Below, one piece after another: positions 9,192 to 16,970 of a DNA stretch of 64,000 nucleotides (positions are counted from its first letter, which is position 1; the number at the start of each line of letters is the position of its first letter). The stretch comes from Candidatus Sulfotelmatobacter sp. GTDB lineage: Bacteria > Acidobacteriota > Terriglobia > Terriglobales > Acidobacteriaceae. The position numbers and the translations under genes were made by a program. The notes under the pieces are model-generated. The model saw only the letters and a list, made by a program, of their open reading frames with translations, ran no database searches and was not told where the DNA came from. Location of the stretch: the NCBI GenBank assembly GCA_050014115.1, contig JBEKDY010000001.1:2369-66368 (forward strand), read 5' to 3'.

Positions 9192-9220
9192 TTGACGATG
9201 GTCGCAGCGGTTGCTATGAT
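9192..9220 (+). promoter_or_regulatory. sigma-70-type promoter of the tRNA gene
   Basis: TTGACG, 17-nt spacer, TATGAT. The -10 element ends 5 nt before the first base of the mature tRNA. Confidence 0.55.
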
Positions 9221-9225
9221 CGAAA

Positions 9226-9302
<77 letters not shown>

Positions 9303-9452
9303 ACCTTCAATCAGTTACAAGCCTTCGGGTTCCTCTTTCAATTGGGTCTATTGGGTCCAACGCACAATTAGGCCGTGCTTTACTTGCAGCCAGGACTGCG
9401 GGATTCAAGCTCTTGATGCGTGCATGAGTACCTATCCAGTGTTTAGGGCTGT

Positions 9453-9483
9453 CGAATGTTTTAGCGCAAGCCCCAAACATTCG
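9453..9483 (-). terminator. hairpin just downstream of the pcaL stop
   Basis: cgaatgttt...aaacattcg forms a 9-bp stem with a 13-nt loop, 4 nt after the stop. No T-tract. Confidence 0.3.
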
Positions 9484-9486
9484 CGC

Positions 9487-10671
9487 TCAATAATCCTTCT
9501 TGATCTGTTCAGCTGCAATTTGAAATCCGGTGTTCGCCGCCGGAACGCCCGCGTACACGGCGGTTTGCAAAAGCACTTCTTTCAAATCGCATAATTCAAG
9601 ATCACTTGCCAAACCAGCTCGCAGGTGGAGGGCAAACTCTTCCCACCTGCCAAGCGATGCCGTTACCGCCAACACCAGCAGCCGTCGTGTCCGCCGATCC
9701 AGCTCAGGACGAGACCAGATCGTTCCCCAAGCGTAACGGGTTATCAACTCTTGAAACTCTCGATTAAATTCTGTCGTTGCAGCAATTGCCTTATCGACGT
9801 GGGCGTCGCCGAGCACTGCGCGACGCACTTCGAATCCTGCTTGCAGGGAATCTGCGATGGCATTTGTTTGCGGCAGCAGGAACTCAAGCAGGGCGGTGGT
9901 AAACGAACGTGGCCGCTCCAGATTAGAAAGGTGAGCCGCCGCCAGGTGAAGCGCTTTTGCTCCCGGAATCCCCTGCGCCAGCCTCTCGCCATGCCCGCTC
10001 CATGGTGTCGCAACGTCGCGCTCGCCGGAGATCACCAGAGTTGGACAATTGACCTGACCGAGGAGACTTAAATGATTCATGTCGCGGAGCGCCGCACAAC
10101 ATCCCAGATATCCAACCGGATCGGTGCCCAGGAAGACGGAGCGGATCGAAGCGACATGAGGATTCTGTTTTGCCAGCGTGTCCGCTGAGAAGAACCGCTG
10201 CATAGCCAAGTCGACAACTTCAGACATTCCCCCTTTGCCAACTGCTGCAATTCGGGTTTCCCAATTCGTGCGCGGAACGAACTGCGGCGAAGTGTTGGCC
10301 AGCACAAGACGTGTCACTCGCTCGGGGGCGTGCGCCGCAACCCATTGTCCAATCGCCCCACCCAACGACAGACCGCAAAAAGCAAATTGCGAAATCTCCA
10401 ACGTGTCGGCCAGAGCAAGAATATCCTTGCCCAACATTTCAATCGAATACTCACCGGCTGTCGCCTCCGACGCACCGTGGCCCCGCGTGTCGTAGCGGAG
10501 AATCTGGAAGTGCGGAAGCAGATCATTTACTTGCAGCTCCCACATCGCGTGATCCGTACTGATCGAGTGCGACAGAATCAAAACGGGTCGTCCCGCATTT
10601 CCCTGCAGTCGGTAGAACATCCGCGCGTTGTAAATGTTTGCGAAGGGCAATTCATTGCTCCTTGTTGTCAT
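9487..10671 (-). CDS. pcaL: fused 3-oxoadipate enol-lactonase / 4-carboxymuconolactone decarboxylase (PcaL-type, PcaD+PcaC)
   Basis: The N-terminal alpha/beta hydrolase half has nucleophile GLSLGG. The C-terminal half is a carboxymuconolactone decarboxylase domain (RPELDRRTRRLLVLAVTASLGRWEEFALHLRAG...LLQTAVYAGVPAA). The ATG at 10671 overlaps the pcaB stop by 20 nt. Confidence 0.85.
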   Translation of the reverse strand: MTTRSNELPFANIYNARMFYRLQGNAGRPVLILSHSISTDHAMWELQVNDLLPHFQILRYDTRGHGASEATAGEYSIEMLGKDILALADTLEISQFAFCGLSLGGAIGQWVAAHAPERVTRLVLANTSPQFVPRTNWETRIAAVGKGGMSEVVDLAMQRFFSADTLAKQNPHVASIRSVFLGTDPVGYLGCCAALRDMNHLSLLGQVNCPTLVISGERDVATPWSGHGERLAQGIPGAKALHLAAAHLSNLERPRSFTTALLEFLLPQTNAIADSLQAGFEVRRAVLGDAHVDKAIAATTEFNREFQELITRYAWGTIWSRPELDRRTRRLLVLAVTASLGRWEEFALHLRAGLASDLELCDLKEVLLQTAVYAGVPAANTGFQIAAEQIKKDY

Positions 10672-12034
10672 CTTGGCGAACGTCGTCTTCGCGATCGGAC
10701 TCTGATGCCAGCGCTTTCCGGAAAGCCTCTGCCGATCCAAGATATTGCTCCGGCGTTTCCAACTCCTTGAGCTCGGCATGACTCAAATGGGTCGTCACTT
10801 CAGGAGTCTGGGCGAGGACAGCAGCGAGATGCTTGCCCTCTTTGACGCTCTTCCGAACCGCCGCCTCAACCACCTTGTGAGCGACATCTCGCCCCAGCTT
10901 GGCTCCAAGCATCATCATGGCGCGCTCGGCAAAAATCGCTCCGTTCGTATTCTCGATGTTGAGACGCATCTTCTGCGCGTCAACTGAGAGCCCTTCGGCC
11001 ACCTCAGCCATCGAGGCTACAGCCACGCCGGTCGACTGGATTACGCGCGCAACTACAGGCCATTCCGCTTGCCAACCCCCAACCCCACGCTCGTGCTCCT
11101 GCAACATGGCTGATAGAAACGAGGCAACCAGTCCGGGTACCCGATGCGCCGCTGCAAGCGTGAGTGAGCAGGCCGTAGGGTTGCGCTTGTTCGGCATAGT
11201 TGACGATCCGCCGCGGCCTTCTCCTCCCTGCTCGGATGCTTCCCCCACCTCGTTCTGCATGAGCAGACTGATATCGCGCGCCATTTTCCCGAGAGACGCA
11301 GTCAGCACTCCGCAAGCGCAGATCAGCGTCGCCAGTTGATCGCGCTGAGTATGCCAGGGCGCTGGGGGAGAGTCTCCAAATCCAAGTTCCGCACTCAGAG
11401 CTTCAGTCACGGAAATTCCGCGGTTGCCAAGCGCCGCCAACGTGCCGCTGGCTCCGCCAAACTGCAACACCGCCGCAACTCGAAATGTTTTTTGCAGACG
11501 CCGCTTGCCACGGCCAACAGAAGCGAGCCATCCGGCGGCTTTCAGTCCAAAGGTCACCGGCGGAGCCGGCTGAAGCAGAGTCCGCCCGAGCATAACGCTC
11601 TGCTTGTGCCGCTCCGACAAGTCCGCTAACGCTGCTTCCAATCGCAGCAGGTCGGCAACAAGAATAGGCTCTGCGCGCTTGAGCAGCAGAGACATCGCGG
11701 TGTCGGCGACATCCTGGCTCGTAGCGCCCCAGTGAACAAATCGCGCCGCTTCCGCGTCAATCTCTCGCACCTGGTCGGTTAGCATTTTCACCAGAGGAAT
11801 CGCGGGCGTTCCAGCGCGAAATGCTGCGTCAGCAAGAGCGGAGATATCAAACTTGTCGAGCCTGGCAGCACCCGTAATCGGCTCCGCGGCCTCAGCTGGG
11901 ATCACGCCACATCGGGCTTCTGCCCGCGCCAGAGCCGTTTCGAATTCCAGCATTGCCCGCAGAACCGCCTCATCGGAAAACAGCGCGGCCAACGCCGGTG
12001 TGGTCGCCAGGCTTTCAATCAAGCGTCCGCTCAT
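10652..12034 (-). CDS. pcaB: 3-carboxy-cis,cis-muconate cycloisomerase
   Basis: Fumarate-lyase superfamily signature GSSTMPNKRNP, 460 aa, positioned between pcaG and pcaL. Confidence 0.9.
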   Translation of the reverse strand: MSGRLIESLATTPALAALFSDEAVLRAMLEFETALARAEARCGVIPAEAAEPITGAARLDKFDISALADAAFRAGTPAIPLVKMLTDQVREIDAEAARFVHWGATSQDVADTAMSLLLKRAEPILVADLLRLEAALADLSERHKQSVMLGRTLLQPAPPVTFGLKAAGWLASVGRGKRRLQKTFRVAAVLQFGGASGTLAALGNRGISVTEALSAELGFGDSPPAPWHTQRDQLATLICACGVLTASLGKMARDISLLMQNEVGEASEQGGEGRGGSSTMPNKRNPTACSLTLAAAHRVPGLVASFLSAMLQEHERGVGGWQAEWPVVARVIQSTGVAVASMAEVAEGLSVDAQKMRLNIENTNGAIFAERAMMMLGAKLGRDVAHKVVEAAVRKSVKEGKHLAAVLAQTPEVTTHLSHAELKELETPEQYLGSAEAFRKALASESDREDDVRQDDNKEQ

Positions 12035-12091
12035 GTTCGGCTCCGCACCGCGACTCGCTTCGATTCGGGTCGTCTGTTCAATCTGAATGGA

Positions 12092-12655
12092 TTACACATC
12101 GAAAAATACCGTCTCGTCCTCTCCACGCAAGCGGACATCGAAAACCCAATTGCCAGTGCGAGCAGGACCAGGCCGGGCCAACAATGTCGCGCGCCGATTT
12201 TCCGGTACCAGGGCCAATACAGGATCTGCCGCGTTCACTGGCTCCCCTGCGAAATAAACTCGTGTCGACAATCTCTTGAGAATGCCTCGGCCAAGAATAG
12301 ATACATTGATGTGGGGTGCCTGAACTGTTTCAGCTGGACCCCGCACACAGCCCGGCCTGATCGTTTCAAACGTGCACGACCCGTCTTCCGCGGTGGCCAA
12401 TCGTCCAAAACCGCGAAAGGCTGCGCCATCCGCGCCGCTGTCCTGACGCGGGTAGTTCCCTTCGGAGTCTGCCTGCCACACTTCTATCATCGCATCGGGA
12501 ACAGGCACTCCTTCTCCATCCAGCACACGAAAAGTGAGCCACACCCGTTCGCCCTTCGCTCCGTCGCCGGCGACACGCGAAATGCTTCGAGCGTCCGTTA
12601 AGCCAAGATGCAGATAGGGGCCAACCGTCTGCGAAGGAGTCGGGGTGAAGTCCAT
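12092..12655 (-). CDS. pcaG: protocatechuate 3,4-dioxygenase alpha subunit
   Basis: 187 aa. N-terminus TPSQTVGPYLHLGL and APHINVSILGRGILKRLSTRVYF are typical of PcaG. It lies directly downstream of pcaH. Confidence 0.9.
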   Translation of the reverse strand: MDFTPTPSQTVGPYLHLGLTDARSISRVAGDGAKGERVWLTFRVLDGEGVPVPDAMIEVWQADSEGNYPRQDSGADGAAFRGFGRLATAEDGSCTFETIRPGCVRGPAETVQAPHINVSILGRGILKRLSTRVYFAGEPVNAADPVLALVPENRRATLLARPGPARTGNWVFDVRLRGEDETVFFDV

Positions 12656-12667
12656 TGTGGTCTTTCT

Positions 12668-13411
12668 TTACTTCTCAAACGGCGTTGATTCTCGCCCTCG
12701 CAATACGATGTCGAAGCGATAACCCAAAGCCCACTCCGGCTTCGTCGTTTCCATATCAAATTTCGAAACCAAACGCTGACGCGCCCTTTCGTCCGGAATC
12801 GATTGCAGAATGGGATCGTAAGCAAACAGCGGATCGCCTGGGAAATACATCTGCGTGATCAGTCGCGTGACGAAGGCCGGCCCAAACAAAGAAAAGTGGA
12901 TATGTGCCGGACGCCATGCATTGTCGTGATTGCGCCATGGATAAGCGCCCGGCTTGACGGTCACAAAACTATAGAATCCGTCGTTGTCGGTCAGAGTTCT
13001 TCCCGTCCCGGTGAAATTCGGATCGAGCGGTGCGGCGTGGTCGTCTTTCGCGTGCGCGTATCGTCCCGCCGCATTGGCCTGCCAAATCTCGATCAGGCTA
13101 TTCGATACGGCGTGCCCATCCTCATCCACCACTCGCCCGCGTACGATGATGCGCTCCCCCAACGGTTCTCCGACATGTTGAATCGTCAGGTCCTGATCAT
13201 GAGGATGAATAGCAGAATGGCCAAAGACCGGCCCTGTAACCTCTGAAACAGTATGAGGCAAGAAGATCAGCGGCTGAGATGGCGCCCGCAGCCTGGTCGC
13301 ACGATAGGCCGGATAGAAATACTCTGGCTGGGTCCCCGGCTCATGCCGACGGAAGGGCACGACAAATTTCTTGGGATTGCTCCTCTGGCTCTCAATTAAT
13401 GAAGAAGACAT
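12668..13411 (-). CDS. pcaH: protocatechuate 3,4-dioxygenase beta subunit
   Basis: 247 aa. Intradiol dioxygenase motifs IEIWQANAAGRYAH and PAHIHFSLFGPAF. Confidence 0.9.
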   Translation of the reverse strand: MSSSLIESQRSNPKKFVVPFRRHEPGTQPEYFYPAYRATRLRAPSQPLIFLPHTVSEVTGPVFGHSAIHPHDQDLTIQHVGEPLGERIIVRGRVVDEDGHAVSNSLIEIWQANAAGRYAHAKDDHAAPLDPNFTGTGRTLTDNDGFYSFVTVKPGAYPWRNHDNAWRPAHIHFSLFGPAFVTRLITQMYFPGDPLFAYDPILQSIPDERARQRLVSKFDMETTKPEWALGYRFDIVLRGRESTPFEK

Positions 13412-13454
13412 ATTGATCTCACAAACAGATTGCCGCCATAGATTGTACGTCGAT

Positions 13455-14630
13455 TTAGCTCATCGGAAGGCCAACGTAGTTTTCAGCGAAGATTTGCGCC
13501 GCTGCGCGAGAGCTTGTCAGATAATCCAGTTCAGCCAACTGCCGGTGCTCCTCGAATCTGTCGTTCCCCGGAATCCGGTGCAGCGTCGCAGTCATCCACA
13601 GAGAAAACCGCTGTACCAGCCACACTCGTCTTAAACAGGTTTCTGAGTAACGGTCGAGCAGTTGCTGGTTTCCAGACGCATAGAATTCTGCAAACGCGGC
13701 CGCCAGAACCCGAACATCAGCCACGGCAAGATTCAGGCCCTTCGCGCCGGTTGGAGGGACGATGTGCGCCGCATCCCCAGCCAGATAAAGTCTGCCGTAT
13801 TGCATCGGCTCCGCCACGAAACTGCGCATCCCGGTAATACCTTTCTGCAAGATGGCGCCCTCGGTTAGCCTGCGCCCGTCGCGGGTCGTGAGCCGCGTCT
13901 GCAATTCTTCCCAGATCTTCGCATCGGGCCACTGCGCCAGGTCTTCATCTGGAGCGCATTGTAGATATAGCCGCGTAATCTCCGGAGTCCGCATGCTGTG
14001 GAGGGCAAACCCGCGATCATGGTAGCAATAGATCAGTTCCTCGGAAGAAGGTGGCGCAGCCGCCAGAATGCCGAGCCACGCGAACGGAAACACCCGCTCA
14101 TAGATGGTTAAAGCCTTTTCAATACTCGGCCGGCACACTCCGTGAAAACCGTCGCACCCCGCTATAAAATCGCAAAGCACTTCCGAAGCTTCGCCATCGT
14201 GGTGAAATCGTATCTTCGGTGTCGTGGAATCGAAATCGTGAATGGTGACACTCTCAGCTTCAAAGAAAATCTCGCCTCCCGCTCCGAGCCGTGCCGCGAT
14301 CAGGTCTTTCACAACTTCCTGCTGCGCATAGATCGTGATCCCGCGCCCCGTCAGCGCTTTGAAATCGATGCGATGCCGCCGCGCTCTGAAGCGAATTTCC
14401 ACGCCATCATGAATCAGGCCTTCGCGCTTCATTCGCTCGCCAACGCCCATTTCTGTCAGAAGCTCAACAGTTCCCTGTTCCAAAACACCGGCTCGCACCC
14501 GCTGCTCGCAGTGCTGGCGACTTCGAGCCTCGAGCACAACCGAATGAATTCCCTGTCGCTGCAGCAGGTGCGACAAGACCAGCCCTGCGGGTCCAGCTCC
14601 CACAATCCCAACCTGAGTGCGGATTCTCAT
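13455..14630 (-). CDS. pobA: 4-hydroxybenzoate 3-monooxygenase
   Basis: Starts MRIRTQVGIVGAGPAGLVLSHLL (GxGxxG). PHBH family motifs RLYLAGDAAHIVPPTGAKGLNLA. The ATG at 14630 overlaps the upstream stop codon (ATGA). Confidence 0.92.
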   Translation of the reverse strand: MRIRTQVGIVGAGPAGLVLSHLLQRQGIHSVVLEARSRQHCEQRVRAGVLEQGTVELLTEMGVGERMKREGLIHDGVEIRFRARRHRIDFKALTGRGITIYAQQEVVKDLIAARLGAGGEIFFEAESVTIHDFDSTTPKIRFHHDGEASEVLCDFIAGCDGFHGVCRPSIEKALTIYERVFPFAWLGILAAAPPSSEELIYCYHDRGFALHSMRTPEITRLYLQCAPDEDLAQWPDAKIWEELQTRLTTRDGRRLTEGAILQKGITGMRSFVAEPMQYGRLYLAGDAAHIVPPTGAKGLNLAVADVRVLAAAFAEFYASGNQQLLDRYSETCLRRVWLVQRFSLWMTATLHRIPGNDRFEEHRQLAELDYLTSSRAAAQIFAENYVGLPMS

Positions 14631-15148
14631 TGTTTCTTTCGGCGCGATTTTCGCCGCGATTTCTGGTGACCCGGACGGCGATTGTTTTCCGTAGAAAACC
14701 TCGCGATCACCTCCCGCGGCACAGCTCTGCTTTCGATTCGTTCCGGGTCGGCTTTCGACACCGCGGCCCACACTCTGATCTCAAAACATTCCACCGCCAG
14801 AACATTCTTGTTAAACAACCTGTGCCGGACGCTGAAACTGCTCCGGCGCCATTCGGTTATCTCAGATTCGACGACTACAGTGTCCGAGAACCGCGACGGC
14901 GCCTTGAATGAGGCGCGCAGGTCGACGAGAGGAATGCCCACAATTTGATGGGTCTTCAGCATCTGCCGCTTGGAGAAACCGGCCTTCTTGAACAACGCCG
15001 TCGTGCATGCGTCGAAATAGGCCAGGTAACGCGGGTAGAAAACAATCTGGGCGGGGTCGCAGTCGCCCCATTCGATGTGAATCGTCTTCCGGTTGGTTAT
15101 ATTCGCTTTGCTCAACAATGCCCTCTTTCCCGTGACACCTCTCGTCAC
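14627..15148 (-). CDS. hotdog-fold acyl-CoA thioesterase (4-hydroxybenzoyl-CoA thioesterase / YbgC family)
   Basis: IHIEWGDCDPAQIVFYPRYLAYFD is the Asp-containing 4HBT/YbgC motif. There is no in-frame ATG downstream of the upstream gene's stop. A GTG at 15148 overlaps that stop (GTGA). The C-terminus is K/R-rich (RRPGHQKSRRKSRRKKQ). The start is uncertain. Confidence 0.72.
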   Translation of the reverse strand: MTRGVTGKRALLSKANITNRKTIHIEWGDCDPAQIVFYPRYLAYFDACTTALFKKAGFSKRQMLKTHQIVGIPLVDLRASFKAPSRFSDTVVVESEITEWRRSSFSVRHRLFNKNVLAVECFEIRVWAAVSKADPERIESRAVPREVIARFSTENNRRPGHQKSRRKSRRKKQ

Positions 15149-15513
15149 AGCTCTCGATGTTGCTCGGCCACCTGGAAGTAACAATGATAGTGGTTGCGAC
15201 ACCCAGGATTGAACTCGGCCCCGCAAGCCGGGCAGCGAGAATCGCTTTGCATGTACTGGAGAATGGTCAGCGCTGCACCGCAGGCGCCGCAAAGTACCGC
15301 GGGCTGGTCAAATTCACTTTCCGGCCAGATTGCGATCGGATGATCGGCGAGCGTCAGGTGGCAGTCTTTGCAAGCATAGTAAAGGCCGCAACACTTCATC
15401 CTGATGGCAACGATGTCGGTCGGCCCGTGGTAATGCCCGCAACGGGTTTGTGAATCGAGATTTACGCCGTGCACGTCCGGAAAAGTAGGATCCATCGCGT
15501 CCGTTTGGGTCAA
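15145..15513 (-). CDS. CHY-type zinc-finger protein
   Basis: 122 aa, Cys/His-rich: CGHYHG...CCGLYYACKDCH...CGACGA...CPACGAEFNPGCRNHYHCYF, the zf-CHY pattern. Confidence 0.75.
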   Translation of the reverse strand: MTQTDAMDPTFPDVHGVNLDSQTRCGHYHGPTDIVAIRMKCCGLYYACKDCHLTLADHPIAIWPESEFDQPAVLCGACGAALTILQYMQSDSRCPACGAEFNPGCRNHYHCYFQVAEQHREL

Positions 15514-15521
15514 TGAGGAAT

Positions 15522-16214
15522 TCAGCCGATCGTTAACAATTCTTCGTAGAATCCACCGATCTCCCGCGCCCGATCCACAAAGTGTATCTCCAATATCCAG
15601 TGTCGCTGCTGGCCAGAAGCGTCCGGCATCCGCATCCGGCTCTGATTATTGGGGTGGACGTAAAGAGTGACCTTGTCCCCTGCGATTTTCTCATGCGGGA
15701 AAACGCCGATCAGGTGTCCTGCGATGGGGCCGCCATATTCCCACCCGGCTTGCGTCGCCAACTTCTGCGCGTACGCATAAAGCTCAGCGGCAGTGATCTC
15801 AGAATGTTCGTGAAAATACCGCTTGCCGCTGGCAAACGCCTCCTCGATGTCGCGGCACAACTTGTGTTTCAGCGGATCGTTTCCTACAACGTACGTCCGC
15901 CCAAAATCGGCCTCCCACTCCTCAAACACTGGACCGAGGTCCAGAAAGACGATGTCATCCTCCGCAACCGTCAAGTCTGGAGGATTCTCGTCGTAAGGCG
16001 CCAAAGTGTTGCGCCCTGCTCTCACGATCCGCTTGTGCCAATATCGCGAGATCCCATACATGCTTTCCGCGAGCGCGTAGATGCTCTCATTGATTTCGCT
16101 TTCCTTGGCCCCTGGCCGAATCAGGCTCTGCGCTTGAACCTCTGCAAACAGCGCCTGGGCCTTTCTTTGGGCATCCAACAGCCCCGCCACTAGTCCTTCT
16201 TCTGATGGCTGCAT
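15522..16214 (-). CDS. M24 family metallopeptidase-fold protein (short, catalytic domain only)
   Basis: 230 aa from MQPSEEGL. Pita-bread fold metal-ligand regions DDIVFLDLGPVFEEWEADFGRT, GHLIGVFPHE and WILEIHFVD. The stop is 8 nt from the CHY start. Confidence 0.7.
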   Translation of the reverse strand: MQPSEEGLVAGLLDAQRKAQALFAEVQAQSLIRPGAKESEINESIYALAESMYGISRYWHKRIVRAGRNTLAPYDENPPDLTVAEDDIVFLDLGPVFEEWEADFGRTYVVGNDPLKHKLCRDIEEAFASGKRYFHEHSEITAAELYAYAQKLATQAGWEYGGPIAGHLIGVFPHEKIAGDKVTLYVHPNNQSRMRMPDASGQQRHWILEIHFVDRAREIGGFYEELLTIG

Positions 16215-16242
16215 AGTGAAACAGATCACAGCACCCGAACCT

Positions 16243-16842
16243 TCAACGTCCGTAGTGCGCGATGAAGACCGCCTTCCCCAGCAAATGTTCTTTCGCGGTC
16301 GATACCACCATCGCACCGCTGGAGTCCGCCGGCACGTCAAGTTTCTCTACGCTCAACGCATAAACGGTGAACGTGTAACGATGCGGCGGATCTCCCTTGT
16401 CCGGGCAGGGGCCGTGATAAGCGTCGTTTCCGAGATCGGTGCGCCCCTGCATGGTCCCAGCCGGCAGAGCGGAGCTATGCTCCACCCCGGCGCCCTTGGG
16501 GAGTTTGTCGACGTTCGCCGGCAGATCATAAACAATCCAGTGCCACCATCCCGAGGGATCCCCGTGCTCGTCGGGATCGAACAACGTTACGACAAAACTC
16601 TTCGTTCCAGCCGGCGCCCCGGTCCATTGCAGCGGAGGTGACATATTTCCTCCACCGCATCCGAAAACGTTCGCGGTATAAGTTTCGGGAACTTTCGCCG
16701 CGAGCTGCGCGTCTGGACTCGAAAGCACAAATTTACGCGGAGATGGCGATTTCGCTTGCGCCGTGCTGAGACAAACCAGCGCCATCACTGTGATTGTGAG
16801 TAGCAATACATTCAAGGCGTTGGAGATTCGGGTTTGCTGCAT
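16243..16842 (-). CDS. YbhB/YbcL (PEBP / Raf-kinase-inhibitor-like) family protein, secreted
   Basis: Signal peptide MQQTRISNALNVLLLTITVMALVCLSTAQA. PEBP motifs FDPDEHGDPSGWWHWIVYDLP and GPCPDKGDPPHRYTFTVYAL. An alternative ATG lies at 16884. Confidence 0.8.
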   Translation of the reverse strand: MQQTRISNALNVLLLTITVMALVCLSTAQAKSPSPRKFVLSSPDAQLAAKVPETYTANVFGCGGGNMSPPLQWTGAPAGTKSFVVTLFDPDEHGDPSGWWHWIVYDLPANVDKLPKGAGVEHSSALPAGTMQGRTDLGNDAYHGPCPDKGDPPHRYTFTVYALSVEKLDVPADSSGAMVVSTAKEHLLGKAVFIAHYGR

Positions 16843-16936
16843 GTCGACCTCTCGTCGATCGAGATTCAATGTTGCATTCCACACGGCGACAAAAGAAACC
16901 GCGCGTCAGCTGGCTTGCCCCTCAAATTTCGCGAAC

Positions 16937-16952
16937 TGCATTTGCCCTGCCA
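16937..16952 (-). promoter_or_regulatory. candidate sigma-54 (-24/-12) promoter
   Basis: The minus strand reads TGGCAGG-GCAA-ATGCA, against the consensus TGGCACG-N4-TTGCA, with correct GG-N10-GC spacing. It lies in the 128-nt gap upstream of the PEBP gene, about 96 nt from the ATG at 16842. Confidence 0.3.
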
Positions 16953-16970
16953 ACTTCGCTCCGGGAATGA

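Noticed and set aside
9303-9486. Possible integrative-element attachment site downstream of tRNA-fMet, including the tandem ATTGGGTC-T-ATTGGGTC at 9338-9354
   Set aside because: I found no integrase, no duplicated copy of the tRNA 3' end within the window and no compositional break. The adjacent pca genes look like core catabolic genes.
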